Shown: positions 28,016 through 37,786 of the stretch, piece after piece
How positions within the stretch are numbered: the first letter of the stretch is position 1
Layout of the letters: every line of letters begins with the position of its first letter
Source: Candidatus Latescibacterota bacterium
GTDB lineage: Bacteria; Latescibacterota; UBA2968
Length of the DNA stretch: 64,000 nucleotides
NCBI GenBank assembly: GCA_965207885.1
Contig: OZ242311.1
Coordinates: forward strand, 4,832,001-4,896,000
Direction of reading: 5' to 3'
The notes under the pieces: model-generated
What the model saw: only the letters and a program-made list of their open reading frames with translations
Databases searched by the model: none
Told to the model about the DNA's origin: nothing
Made by a program: the position numbers and the translations under genes

Positions 28016-28990
28016 TTAAAAAAGTGAGAGCTGAACGGGGTCTTGTTCTGTGTCGGGTTGTGGGGTGGGTTGTCTGGAAGGTCTGTCATCGGGGTAGCAC
28101 ACGACTTTGAAGGGGCAGGTGGTACACAGGCGGGTGTTTGTCGTCATTGGAAAGGTGTCTTGCGATGCGGTGTTTTGCTCGGGGTCGTCGAGGAGGGCGC
28201 GCATTTTCTGGACGCTTTCGGTGACGAATATACGGGTCTGATCGAGGTCGTCAGGAGAGAGGTGTAGGGTGCGCTCGGTGTTGGTTTGCAGGTAGATGTC
28301 CTGGAGTTGCAGGTCGGATAATGCGACGCCCCACTGCGAGGTGGCATAGAGAGCGTACACAGCGAGTTGGTGGCGGTCGGCCTGGCGTTCGCGCCCGGTT
28401 TTCCAGTCGAAGATATAGACCGATTTGTCGCGGCGAATCGCCACGTCGAGCACGACCCAGATTTTGGTATTGGCAAGGGTAAAATCTGTGAGGTCTTCAA
28501 TGGTGAGATAGTCTTCGGGGCGGGCAGATTGCAGGGTGGCGTAGGCTTTGGAGGCGAAAAAAGCGTTGAGACTCGTCGAGATGTGATTGGCCGACTTGTT
28601 CTGATCGGTTTCTGTAAAGGGTTCGTTGTAATAGTGTTCAAACAAATTGGTGTATCGAGAGGCTGAATAGCGCCAGAGATGATCCGCGGATTCTTGCAGG
28701 TGTTGGCGGAATAAATTTTGCGCGTAGGTCTCGACGGCAAAGGGGAGAATATCGCGTCCCAGTTTCAGTGCGTTGAGCGCGTTGCTGATGGCGTCGTGAA
28801 CCACGGTACCGACGAGTTGCGGTACTGTGGTTATTTTTTTCAGGCGATAGAGCAACTGGGTCTGCGCGTCTGCGTCTTTGTCCCAGCCTCCCCAGCTTCC
28901 GTAGTAGTTGAAATAGTATTGTCGTTTGCACGAATCAAACATGCGATGGCGCGAAGGCGACCAGGAAAATTCGTTTTGGAAATTGGACAT
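28016..28990 (-). CDS. PD-(D/E)xK nuclease, RecB/AddB/Cas4-like, with four-Cys cluster
   Basis: WSPSR...C.RQYY, GTVVH, D.......IFDWKTG, QLAVY, C..CPF...C; probable start MSNFQ. Confidence 0.85.
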   Translation of the reverse strand: MSNFQNEFSWSPSRHRMFDSCKRQYYFNYYGSWGGWDKDADAQTQLLYRLKKITTVPQLVGTVVHDAISNALNALKLGRDILPFAVETYAQNLFRQHLQESADHLWRYSASRYTNLFEHYYNEPFTETDQNKSANHISTSLNAFFASKAYATLQSARPEDYLTIEDLTDFTLANTKIWVVLDVAIRRDKSVYIFDWKTGRERQADRHQLAVYALYATSQWGVALSDLQLQDIYLQTNTERTLHLSPDDLDQTRIFVTESVQKMRALLDDPEQNTASQDTFPMTTNTRLCTTCPFKVVCYPDDRPSRQPTPQPDTEQDPVQLSLF

Positions 28991-29043
28991 GGAAAAGCAA
29001 CCACTGATGAAAGGGGGGAGGATACAAGGGCTGATATTCAGAT

Positions 29044-30324
29044 TCAATAAAGCGTGTTTAAGACATCAAAATACGTCGGAAATGTTTTGTTGACGCAGTC
29101 GGGGTCGTTTATGACAATGCCGGGGATTTTTAGTCCGATCAGCGATAGACTCATCGCCATGCGGTGATCGTCGTACGTGTCGAGTGCCGCGGGTTGGATG
29201 TGGTCTGCGGGATAGACCGTGAGGCCGTCGGCGCGGGTGTCAACGCGCACGCCGAGCTTGTTCAGTTCGGTTTTGAGTGCGGCGATGCGGTCGGTTTCGT
29301 GGATGCGGAGGACGGCTACGTTGTGTACGCTGATTGGAGCAGAGGCAAACGGGGCCAGGGCGCACAGGGTTGGCACGATGTCGGGCGTGGCGTTCATGTC
29401 GATGTCGAGGCCCGACAGACGCCCTGTTCCGCGCACTTCAATGCCTTCAGAGTCTTTGCGCACATCACAGCCCATTTTGGACAGAATATCGACAAAGCCG
29501 ATGTCGCCCTGAATGGATTGCGCTGTTAAATTGGGTACGCGCACGCGACCGAGGGTGAGTGCGGCTGCGGCAAAAAAATAGGAGGCGTTGGATGCATCGG
29601 GTTCGATCAGGTAGGTGCGGGAATGATAGCGCTGGCCTGCGCGCACTGTGAAAAAGCGGTAATTATTATTGGTGACTTCAATGCCGAAGTCGCGCATGAC
29701 GGCAATGGTGAGGTCGATATACGGTTTGGATACGAGGTCGCCTTTGACGTGGATTTCGACATCACTTTGGGCGTAGGAAGCCACCTGGAGCAGAGCCGTG
29801 AAATACTGGCTGCTTTTGCTGCCGTTCATGGTGGTGCGGCCGCCTTTGAGGCCAGAGGCGACGATGAGCGCGGGGGGGCATAGCCCGTCCTTGCCTTCAC
29901 AACGCGCGGTTACACCGAGGGGGGTGAGGCCGTCGAGAAGGTCCTGGATGGGGCGCTCGCGCATCCGTTCGACGCCATCTATGGTATAGGTTCCAGCACC
30001 CAGGCCGAGATATGCCGCGAGAAAGCGCGCCGAGGTGCCCGAGTTGCCAATGTGAAGTTCTGCCTGATCAGCGGGGATGCGCCCGCCTGTGCCATAGACG
30101 CGAAATGCAGCCTCTGTTTCGTTTTCTTCCACGCGAATGCCCAGATCGCGCAGGGCATTTGCCATATACTGCGTATCATCGCTCATGAGTGCGTTGTTGA
30201 GGTGGCTGATGCCATCGGCAAGTGCGGCAATCAGCAGAACGCGGTTGGTGATGCTTTTAGAACCCGGAATCGCGACATTTGCATCGACTGGGGCTGTCAT
30301 GGGTTGGATTTCAAGAGTTTTCAT
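29044..30324 (-). CDS. aroA: 3-phosphoshikimate 1-carboxyvinyltransferase
   Basis: PGSKSITNR, GNSGT..RF, SSQY, EPDAS, HETDRI, DDHRMAM, KTFP. Confidence 0.96.
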   Translation of the reverse strand: MKTLEIQPMTAPVDANVAIPGSKSITNRVLLIAALADGISHLNNALMSDDTQYMANALRDLGIRVEENETEAAFRVYGTGGRIPADQAELHIGNSGTSARFLAAYLGLGAGTYTIDGVERMRERPIQDLLDGLTPLGVTARCEGKDGLCPPALIVASGLKGGRTTMNGSKSSQYFTALLQVASYAQSDVEIHVKGDLVSKPYIDLTIAVMRDFGIEVTNNNYRFFTVRAGQRYHSRTYLIEPDASNASYFFAAAALTLGRVRVPNLTAQSIQGDIGFVDILSKMGCDVRKDSEGIEVRGTGRLSGLDIDMNATPDIVPTLCALAPFASAPISVHNVAVLRIHETDRIAALKTELNKLGVRVDTRADGLTVYPADHIQPAALDTYDDHRMAMSLSLIGLKIPGIVINDPDCVNKTFPTYFDVLNTLY

Positions 30325-30567
30325 AGGTCTAAAAATAAATGAAAAATTAAAAATGCACAATGCACAATAGTTTTTCTGTGGGCGTTTTTTCGATGTCCTG
30401 TTTTAATGGCGTTACACCCTGCCATTCTGTCGCTTGATTTTTTTCGGTACCGGTTTTAAATTAGAAGACAGATTGTAATATTCTCTCCTGATTCTTTTCC
30501 CTCTCTCCGATTTCTTTGTTTGTCCGAGATGCCCTCCCCCAACATCTCCATTTACGGGAGCGTGTTG

Positions 30568-33500
30568 ATGAAATCCTCTGACTTTGTCCATTTGCACAGC
30601 CACACCATGTACAGTCTGCTCGATGGTGCGTCGAGAATAGAAAATATTGCCCAGGTAGCCGCCGAATGGGGCATGCCTGCGGTTGCGATGACCGATCACG
30701 GCAATCTTTTTGGTGCTATTGATTTTTATCGCGCGATGAAAGATGTGGGCGTCAATCCGATTATCGGGTGCGAAGTGTATTGCGCGCTCGGAAGTCGATT
30801 TGACAAAAAATCTATGCCGGGTCTTCAGGGCAGTTCAAATCATCTTGTTTTACTGGTCAAAAATTATACGGGCTATAAAAATCTGATCAAGCTGGTGTCC
30901 GCGGGATATCTCGAGGGCTATTATTATAATCCGCGCATAGACAAAGACTTGCTGCGCCAGCATTCGGAAGGGCTGATTTGCCTGTCGGCGTGCGTCGGAG
31001 GCGAGATACCCTATTTGATCGAACGCGGGGGATACAAGACGGCGCAAAAGGCCGTGGAGACGTATCTCGATATTTTCGGCGATGATTATTATCTGGAGAT
31101 TCAGCGACACGGCATTGACAAAGAAAAAAAGATCAATCCCGGATTGGTCAAGCTGCACGAGGAGATGGGCGTGCCCCTGGTGGCGACCAATGATTCGCAT
31201 TTTACGCGCGCTGAAGACCACGAAGCGCATGCGGCTCTGGTCGCTATTCAGACGGGTAAGACATTGGACGATCCCAAGCGCATGTGTTATCCCGAAGGCG
31301 TGTATTTTAAGTCGGCAGAGGAGATGTACGAGCTGTTTAAGGATATGCCACACGTTCTGGAACCCACGCTTGAGATTGCCGAAAAATGCAATCTGGAGAT
31401 TTCATTTGATGAGTCTCACGCGCCTGATTTCCCTTTGCCAGAGAGGTATGATTCGGCCAGTGATTATCTGAAAGATCTGGCGCACAAGGGCATGGAAACG
31501 CGTTGTAAGCAGGTGACCGCTGAGCATGAGGAGCGCCTGAAGTTTGAGTTGGGTGTGATCGATCAGACGGGATATCCGGGCTATTTTTTGATTTTGCACG
31601 ATCTGGTGCAATTTTCCAATGCCTCTGGCATCCGCGCAGGCGCGCGTGGGTCTGCGGTGAGCAGTCTGGTGGCTTATGCACTGGGTATTACGGCTGTGGA
31701 TCCCATCGAATACGGGCTGGTGTTTGAGCGATTTTTGAATCCCGAGCGGATTTCGCCGCCCGATATCGATCTCGATATCGCTGACCGCGACCGCGAGCAG
31801 ATCATCGATTACGTGGTGGAAAAATATGGGCGCGACAATGTGTGTCAGGTGATTACGTTTGGCACCATGGGTGCAAAGGGCGTGATTCGCGATGTGGGGC
31901 GGGTGTTGGACCAGCCATTTGCCGAAGTCGATAGAATTTCAAAACTGGTGCCCGGAGAATTGAAGGTGACCCTCGATAAAGCACTCGATCAGGTGCCCGA
32001 GTTGCGTCAGATTGCGGAAGATGGGGGCACGGGGCAAAAGATGATCGGTATTGGAAAGCAACTCGAAGGTCTGGCGCGCCATGCGTCGATTCACGCGGCT
32101 GCGGTGGTGATTACGCCCGAGCCTGTGACCGAGTTTATGCCCGTTTACAAAGCGCCCAAAGGCGGCGAGGTGATGACGCAGTACAATATGCACCACGTGG
32201 AAGACCTGGGCTTTTTGAAGATGGATTTTTTGGGGCTTCGCAATCTGACGGTGATTGACGATGCCGTGAAGATGGTGAAGGAAAATTACGGCGTGGATGT
32301 GGATGTGGATAACTTGCCTCTGGACGATGAGAAGACCTATCGCCTGTTTGGCCGGGGGGATACGACCGGGGTGTTTCAGTTTGAAAGCGCGGGGATGAGG
32401 GGCTATTTGCAACAACTGAAGCCGGATACGATTGGCGATATTATTGCGATGAACGCGCTTTATCGCCCGGGACCGATGCAGTACATTCCCAATTACGTTG
32501 ACCGCAAGCACGGGCGGGAAGAAGTGACGTATGACGATGAGAAGATGCGCCCGGCTCTGGAAGAGACGTACGGCATTATTACCTACCAGGAACAGGTGCA
32601 GCGCCTGTGCCGCGACCTGGCTGGATTTACACTTGCCAAAGCCGATGGCATCCGCAAAGCCATGGGGAAGAAGTTGGCCGATGTAATGGAAAAGTATCGG
32701 CTCGAATTTTTAGAAGGTGCCATGACCAATGACGTTGAGAAAACGGTTGCACAACAAATATGGCGAGATATTGAGGTTTTCTCGGGCTATGGGTTCAATA
32801 AGGCGCATAGTGCGGGCTATTCGATGGTGGCTTACCAGTGCGCGTATCTCAAGGCGCATTATCCGGCTGAATTTATGGCGGCGAACCTCAACAGTGAAAT
32901 TGGCAATATCGAGCGTCTGGTCGTTTTGATTGAAGAATGCCGGCGAATGGATCTGGATGTATTGCCTCCAGATGTAAATGAAGGGCAGAGCGATTTTGTG
33001 GCGACCAAAAATGAGATTCGAATGGGTATGGCTGCCATTCGCAATGTGGGGCGCAGCGCAGTTCAAGCGATTGTTGCAATGCGTGAAGCAGACGGCCCTT
33101 TTGAGTCGCTATTTGATTTTTGCGACCGCGTGGATTCTCAGGCTGTGAACCGGCGGTGTATCGAAAGTCTGATTAAAGCCGGTGCTTATGATTGCGTGCC
33201 GGGGCATCGCGCGCAGTTGCTCGAAGCCTTAGACCGCGCACTGGAGATGGCGCAATCTGTACAGATGGATCGCGCGCGCGGGCAAATTTCCATGTTTGAA
33301 ATGGTCGAGATGCAAACGCAGGTGGTGAACGACCAATCGTTGCCCGATGTTGAGGAATGGACTGAGCGCGAACGCCTCGCACACGAAAAAGATATGCTGG
33401 GCTTTTATCTTTCGGGGCATCCGCTGGAACGCTACAGAACCGATTTGGCGGAAATGGGTATGAGATCGGTAGATGATCTGAAGGGATTGCCCGATGGTGC

Positions 33501-34074
33501 TGAGGTCCAGATTGGAGGCGTGTTGACCGAGGTAAAACCGCATACGACACGCGATGGCCGGCCCATGGCTTTTGGTGTGCTGGAAGATTTGAGCGGCACG
33601 GTTGATCTCGTGGTGTTTTCCGATAATTTTGAAAAATTGCGCGAGCAATTGCTGGTCGATGAAATGGTGGTTTTACAAGGTCGGTTTTCCGCACGCAATG
33701 GGCGGTCTTCGGTGCAGGTTGAAAATGTGATGCCTATCGAGCAAGCGCGCGAGCAACTGGCCGATACCGTCAATGTGATGTTGCCGGGTGATTTGATTCG
33801 AATGGAGCCACTCAAATCACTGCATACCCTGTGTCTGAGACATCCGGGCAACTGTCAGTTGCGATTACATCTGGAATTGGAGCGCGACCATTCAACCGTC
33901 GTCCTGTCTCGCCAGGTTCAGGTGTTGCCTTCCGATGCCTTATTGCGAGAAATTGTCGAACTCACGGACGGCAGGGCTAATGCCTGGGTATCAACTGAGG
34001 TGGGACGCGCCCGACGTGCGGCGAGACGCCAATTCGATGAAATGGTCTTCGAGGGGGAGCTTGTAACGGCGTGA
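30568..34074 (+). CDS. dnaE: DNA polymerase III alpha subunit
   Basis: FVHLHSHT.YSLLDG, TDHGN, RGSA, FERFLNPER, PDIDLD, KMDFLGL, YGFNKAH. Confidence 0.97.
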   Translation: MKSSDFVHLHSHTMYSLLDGASRIENIAQVAAEWGMPAVAMTDHGNLFGAIDFYRAMKDVGVNPIIGCEVYCALGSRFDKKSMPGLQGSSNHLVLLVKNYTGYKNLIKLVSAGYLEGYYYNPRIDKDLLRQHSEGLICLSACVGGEIPYLIERGGYKTAQKAVETYLDIFGDDYYLEIQRHGIDKEKKINPGLVKLHEEMGVPLVATNDSHFTRAEDHEAHAALVAIQTGKTLDDPKRMCYPEGVYFKSAEEMYELFKDMPHVLEPTLEIAEKCNLEISFDESHAPDFPLPERYDSASDYLKDLAHKGMETRCKQVTAEHEERLKFELGVIDQTGYPGYFLILHDLVQFSNASGIRAGARGSAVSSLVAYALGITAVDPIEYGLVFERFLNPERISPPDIDLDIADRDREQIIDYVVEKYGRDNVCQVITFGTMGAKGVIRDVGRVLDQPFAEVDRISKLVPGELKVTLDKALDQVPELRQIAEDGGTGQKMIGIGKQLEGLARHASIHAAAVVITPEPVTEFMPVYKAPKGGEVMTQYNMHHVEDLGFLKMDFLGLRNLTVIDDAVKMVKENYGVDVDVDNLPLDDEKTYRLFGRGDTTGVFQFESAGMRGYLQQLKPDTIGDIIAMNALYRPGPMQYIPNYVDRKHGREEVTYDDEKMRPALEETYGIITYQEQVQRLCRDLAGFTLAKADGIRKAMGKKLADVMEKYRLEFLEGAMTNDVEKTVAQQIWRDIEVFSGYGFNKAHSAGYSMVAYQCAYLKAHYPAEFMAANLNSEIGNIERLVVLIEECRRMDLDVLPPDVNEGQSDFVATKNEIRMGMAAIRNVGRSAVQAIVAMREADGPFESLFDFCDRVDSQAVNRRCIESLIKAGAYDCVPGHRAQLLEALDRALEMAQSVQMDRARGQISMFEMVEMQTQVVNDQSLPDVEEWTERERLAHEKDMLGFYLSGHPLERYRTDLAEMGMRSVDDLKGLPDGAEVQIGGVLTEVKPHTTRDGRPMAFGVLEDLSGTVDLVVFSDNFEKLREQLLVDEMVVLQGRFSARNGRSSVQVENVMPIEQAREQLADTVNVMLPGDLIRMEPLKSLHTLCLRHPGNCQLRLHLELERDHSTVVLSRQVQVLPSDALLREIVELTDGRANAWVSTEVGRARRAARRQFDEMVFEGELVTA

Positions 34075-34101
34075 TGAGAGACGAGAAAAATGAATAAAAA
34101 T

Positions 34102-34135
34102 AAAAGGCGAGAGGCCGGATGACCTCTCGCCTTTT
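34102..34135. terminator. Bidirectional intrinsic terminator between dnaE and rodA
   Basis: AAAAGGCGAGAGG-ccggatga-CCTCTCGCCTTTT perfect stem with A/T tails between convergent genes. Confidence 0.85.
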
Positions 34136-34148
34136 GCGTTTTACATCT

Positions 34149-35369
34149 TTAATAATCCTCATACCTGTTGGCATAAATGTTGAGCAACAGACCAATGAGG
34201 ATCATGTTTGTGATGAGGGTGGAACCTCCGTAGGTCAGGAAAGGCAAAGGTAGGCCCGTGACGGGCATGATGCCGACGGTCATGCCGATGTTGACAAAAA
34301 TGTGGAAGAAGAGAATGGTCGCCAGACCGATAGCGGTCAAGCTGGAGAAGCGGTTTTTGGTCTGTACGGCAATGGACAAGGCGCGCCATAAGATGAACAC
34401 AAATAATACCAGAACAAAAAAGGCACCGAGAAATCCAAATTCTTCGCATATAACGGAAAAAATAAAATCGGTGTGTTGTTCGGGTAAAAAGGCGAGTTTG
34501 GTTTGTGTGCCTTCTAAAAAGCCCTTGCCCTTGAGACCGCCAGACCCAATGGCGATTTTGGACTGAATGACCTGATAACCCGCGCCGAGTTTGTCTATAT
34601 TGGGGTCGAGAAAGGTGAGGATACGGCGTTTTTGGTAGTCGTGGAGTTTGTTTTCCCATACATAAGGTGCGGCGATAGCAACCGCGAGATTGACCAATAG
34701 CAAGATGCTTACGGTGAATAAACGGGGGCGTTCATGGAAAAGGATCCCAATGAGCAGGATTACCACCGCAACCAGCATCCATGGGTGAAAAGCACATATC
34801 AGGGTGAGGGCAGGAGAAATCAAAAAAAATAGATGAAGGGGTTTGGCACCGGCCCAAAAGAACATGGGCAGGATGAGAATGCTAAAAACCAGAGCGGTGC
34901 CCAGATCGGGTTGCTTAAAAACGAATAAGATGGGTACGAGAACGAACAACAGAGGAGGGATAAAGGCACGTACGCGGGTCAGGTCGCGGTTGCGATAGGT
35001 CAAAAAGCGCGCGAGTACCAGGACGGTCGTTATCTTGGCTAATTCAGAAGGCTGTATGTGAATGGGACCAACGTTGAGCCAACGCCGGTCCCCCAATTCG
35101 AGCACGAGTATCAAAAGTGTAACTGTCAGGCCATACAAGACATACGCAAAGGCATAAAAAAGTTTAAGGGGAATGACCATGGTGATGATCAGGGCAATAA
35201 ACCCGAATAAGGCCCAGAGGATTTGCTTTTCATAAATATTGCTGGCCAGGCCCGAATCCCAATTGTAGCTGGCACTGTATATGGTGGTAATGCCCACACC
35301 AATGCCCAGGCATATTGCTGAGAGGAGGCCGATGTCGAGGTCGCGCCGAACAAATAGAGAAAGACTCAC
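34149..35369 (-). CDS. rodA: Rod shape-determining protein RodA
   Basis: QPSELAK, QPDLGT, GYQVIQSKIAIGSGG, PEQHTDFIF, PVTGLPLPF; adjacent to mrdA; probable GTG start at 35369. Confidence 0.95.
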   Translation of the reverse strand: MSLSLFVRRDLDIGLLSAICLGIGVGITTIYSASYNWDSGLASNIYEKQILWALFGFIALIITMVIPLKLFYAFAYVLYGLTVTLLILVLELGDRRWLNVGPIHIQPSELAKITTVLVLARFLTYRNRDLTRVRAFIPPLLFVLVPILFVFKQPDLGTALVFSILILPMFFWAGAKPLHLFFLISPALTLICAFHPWMLVAVVILLIGILFHERPRLFTVSILLLVNLAVAIAAPYVWENKLHDYQKRRILTFLDPNIDKLGAGYQVIQSKIAIGSGGLKGKGFLEGTQTKLAFLPEQHTDFIFSVICEEFGFLGAFFVLVLFVFILWRALSIAVQTKNRFSSLTAIGLATILFFHIFVNIGMTVGIMPVTGLPLPFLTYGGSTLITNMILIGLLLNIYANRYEDY

Positions 35370-35391
35370 AACTACCTCGAAAAATGAGAGG

Positions 35392-37266
35392 TTACTGGTT
35401 ATTGACCGCAATCATTTCGTCGGTGGATTTTGGCACCGCGTGTTCGAAATAGGCTTCAAGCGTTTTTTGTGCAATAGGCGCGGCAATTCTGCCCCCCGAA
35501 CCACCGTTTTCAACAATTACAGCAATGGCAATGCGCGGGTTTTCTGCCGGTGCATAAGCGACAAACCAGGCGTGGTCTTCACCATGGGGATTTTGTGCGG
35601 TGCCCGTTTTTCCCGCAACGACAATATCGGTTAAACGGGCTCGATGACCAGTGCCGCCAGGACTATTGACCACATCTATCATCATGCTTTGCACTGTTTT
35701 AATCACTTCTTTCGAGAGAGGTAAAGATGTGGTTCCCCCCTTTGTCCCTTTGATTACCTGCGGAGTGGGTAACTGACCGGTTGCCAGCGCGCTCGTATAG
35801 CGCACCACCTGAAGAGGCGTTGCCAGAAGTTCCCCTTGCCCAATGGTCAGGTTGAGCATATTGCCACCAGCCAAGAAGCCGTGCCTTTGCCTGTAATAGG
35901 CGCGGTTGGGCAGCAGACCGCGTGCTTCACCATTGCCTCCCGAAGCGATGTCGATATTTGTCAATTCACCAAATTCGAACATAGCGGCATACCGATGCCA
36001 GTTGTCTATGCCCACTTTGAGGCCGAGTTGATAAAAGAATACATCACAAGATTTGACGAGTGCTTGTCGCATGTTGATAAGCCCACAACCTTTTTTGTTG
36101 TGACATCTAAACCGGCGATCGCCGAAATTCATGCCTCCTGTGCATGGTCTCAAACGATATTCATCGGCTTTGATTATGCCCATGTCCAAAGCGGCTATCG
36201 ATGTGATCATTTTGAAGACCGAAGCGGGTGGATATTCGCCTTTAAGGCTGCGGTTGAGCAAGGGTTTTGATGGGTCTGTTTGTAAGTGCTGCCAAGCTTT
36301 GGGGTCCCGGATAGATTGTGGATGAAAACCAGGTTTGCTGACCATGGCAATGATTTCGCCAGATTGTGGGTGCATGGCAATCAGGCTGCCGCGCATGCTA
36401 TCTGCAAAGGCGTGCTCAGCGGCATGCTGTACGCGCCAGTCGAGCGTGAGCCACAGATCTTCACCGGAAATGGGAGGATCTGTTTTTTCGGGGAAACTGC
36501 CCACTTCGCGTCCCTTTGCATTCACTTCGATGTATTTGACGCCCTTATGGCCTCGCATTCGGTCTTCAAATATGCGCTCAATACCCCGTTTTCCAATCTG
36601 ATCGTCGTAGCCATATCCCCGCGTTTTCAGGTGGGTATATTGAGATGCGTTGATAAGTCCGACATAGCCCAAAATATGAGGTGCTAAGACCAGGGGGTTA
36701 CTGGTGTTGTGCTGGGCGTGCGAAAACCCGGTGGAAAGCACCGCGGGTGTGTCAAAGATGGGATAGCCCCTGCGAGGCTCAATTTGGATTTCTACACCTG
36801 GAAAGTCATAGCGGTTTTCTTCGATAATGGAAATGGCTTCAAAATCCACATCGAGTTTGAGTTTGACCGGGTCGTAAAAATGCCGATTATGCGATTGCAA
36901 TTTTTCTGTTATTGTTTTGCAGGGCAGATCTACAATTTGCCCAAGGCGTTCGAGAAGTCCATTACATTTATCTTCTTCAATATTTGCCAAAAAGCGAGGG
37001 GGAATGACTGAGATGTTATAAGCTGGTCTGTTATCGACCAAAATGATACCATTGCGGTCGCGGATCAGGCCGCGATTGGCCTGGATGATGACGGGCTGCA
37101 TGATATTCTTTTCAGATTGGATGCGATAATGTTCCCATCCGGCAATCTGCAATATATAGAGGCGAATGCCCAATATGCCAAAGAGAAACGCGATTACACC
37201 GAAAAGAATGCGTGCGCGATGTGCTCGAATGCCGTTATGTGTGAAGTCATTCTGCATGGGATTCAA
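35392..37266 (-). CDS. mrdA: Penicillin-binding protein 2
   Basis: RGLIRDRNG, PPASVFK (SxxK), SCD, KTGTAQ, DHAWF. Confidence 0.95.
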   Translation of the reverse strand: MNPMQNDFTHNGIRAHRARILFGVIAFLFGILGIRLYILQIAGWEHYRIQSEKNIMQPVIIQANRGLIRDRNGIILVDNRPAYNISVIPPRFLANIEEDKCNGLLERLGQIVDLPCKTITEKLQSHNRHFYDPVKLKLDVDFEAISIIEENRYDFPGVEIQIEPRRGYPIFDTPAVLSTGFSHAQHNTSNPLVLAPHILGYVGLINASQYTHLKTRGYGYDDQIGKRGIERIFEDRMRGHKGVKYIEVNAKGREVGSFPEKTDPPISGEDLWLTLDWRVQHAAEHAFADSMRGSLIAMHPQSGEIIAMVSKPGFHPQSIRDPKAWQHLQTDPSKPLLNRSLKGEYPPASVFKMITSIAALDMGIIKADEYRLRPCTGGMNFGDRRFRCHNKKGCGLINMRQALVKSCDVFFYQLGLKVGIDNWHRYAAMFEFGELTNIDIASGGNGEARGLLPNRAYYRQRHGFLAGGNMLNLTIGQGELLATPLQVVRYTSALATGQLPTPQVIKGTKGGTTSLPLSKEVIKTVQSMMIDVVNSPGGTGHRARLTDIVVAGKTGTAQNPHGEDHAWFVAYAPAENPRIAIAVIVENGGSGGRIAAPIAQKTLEAYFEHAVPKSTDEMIAVNNQ

Positions 37267-37726
37267 TATTGAGAAGTGAGAAATGAGTGAGGACAGACGA
37301 CAATGCCGTGCCCAACACGACTGTATAAAGACTTGTACCCAATCCGACGCTCAAAATTTTGATCGGTTGCAAAATAAAAACAAAAAAAATAATATCGTGT
37401 AAAAGTGTTGCTAAAAATAAAATGGCGGCCTGTGCCCGCAGGGCTTCACCGGCAACGGTCACACGGCTATAACCTGCAAAAAAACCAATCAGGCTGTTGC
37501 CGAGAGCATTGACACCCAAACGCGTGCCAGGGTCGTATATGTCGATGAGCACTCCCGATATAAAACCCAGTACCGTCACTTCAATTTGCCCTCGGGTAAA
37601 GGCAATAAAAACCAGTATGATGATGACGATGTCCGGCGCAACGCCGTAAATGGCGAGGCTTTCGATCCAGGATGCCTGGAGAATCAGTGCCAGAAGAATG
37701 AGCAAAATATTGCGGGTGATAATCAT
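37247..37726 (-). CDS. mreD: Rod shape-determining protein MreD
   Basis: Small hydrophobic protein with PD and GFISGVLID motifs, directly upstream of mrdA. Confidence 0.85.
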   Translation of the reverse strand: MIITRNILLILLALILQASWIESLAIYGVAPDIVIIILVFIAFTRGQIEVTVLGFISGVLIDIYDPGTRLGVNALGNSLIGFFAGYSRVTVAGEALRAQAAILFLATLLHDIIFFVFILQPIKILSVGLGTSLYTVVLGTALSSVLTHFSLLNIESHAE

Positions 37727-37786
37727 TGGTAAAACAGTCAGCTTTCACCCCATTGGAGCGGATTAAAAACGGATAGCTGGCAGTTT

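Noticed and set aside
28016-28990. CRISPR-Cas locus suggested by the Cas4-like protein
   Set aside because: No repeat-spacer array or other cas genes seen anywhere in the window.
30568-34074. Intein in dnaE
   Set aside because: Normal length and continuous motifs; no intein signature seen.
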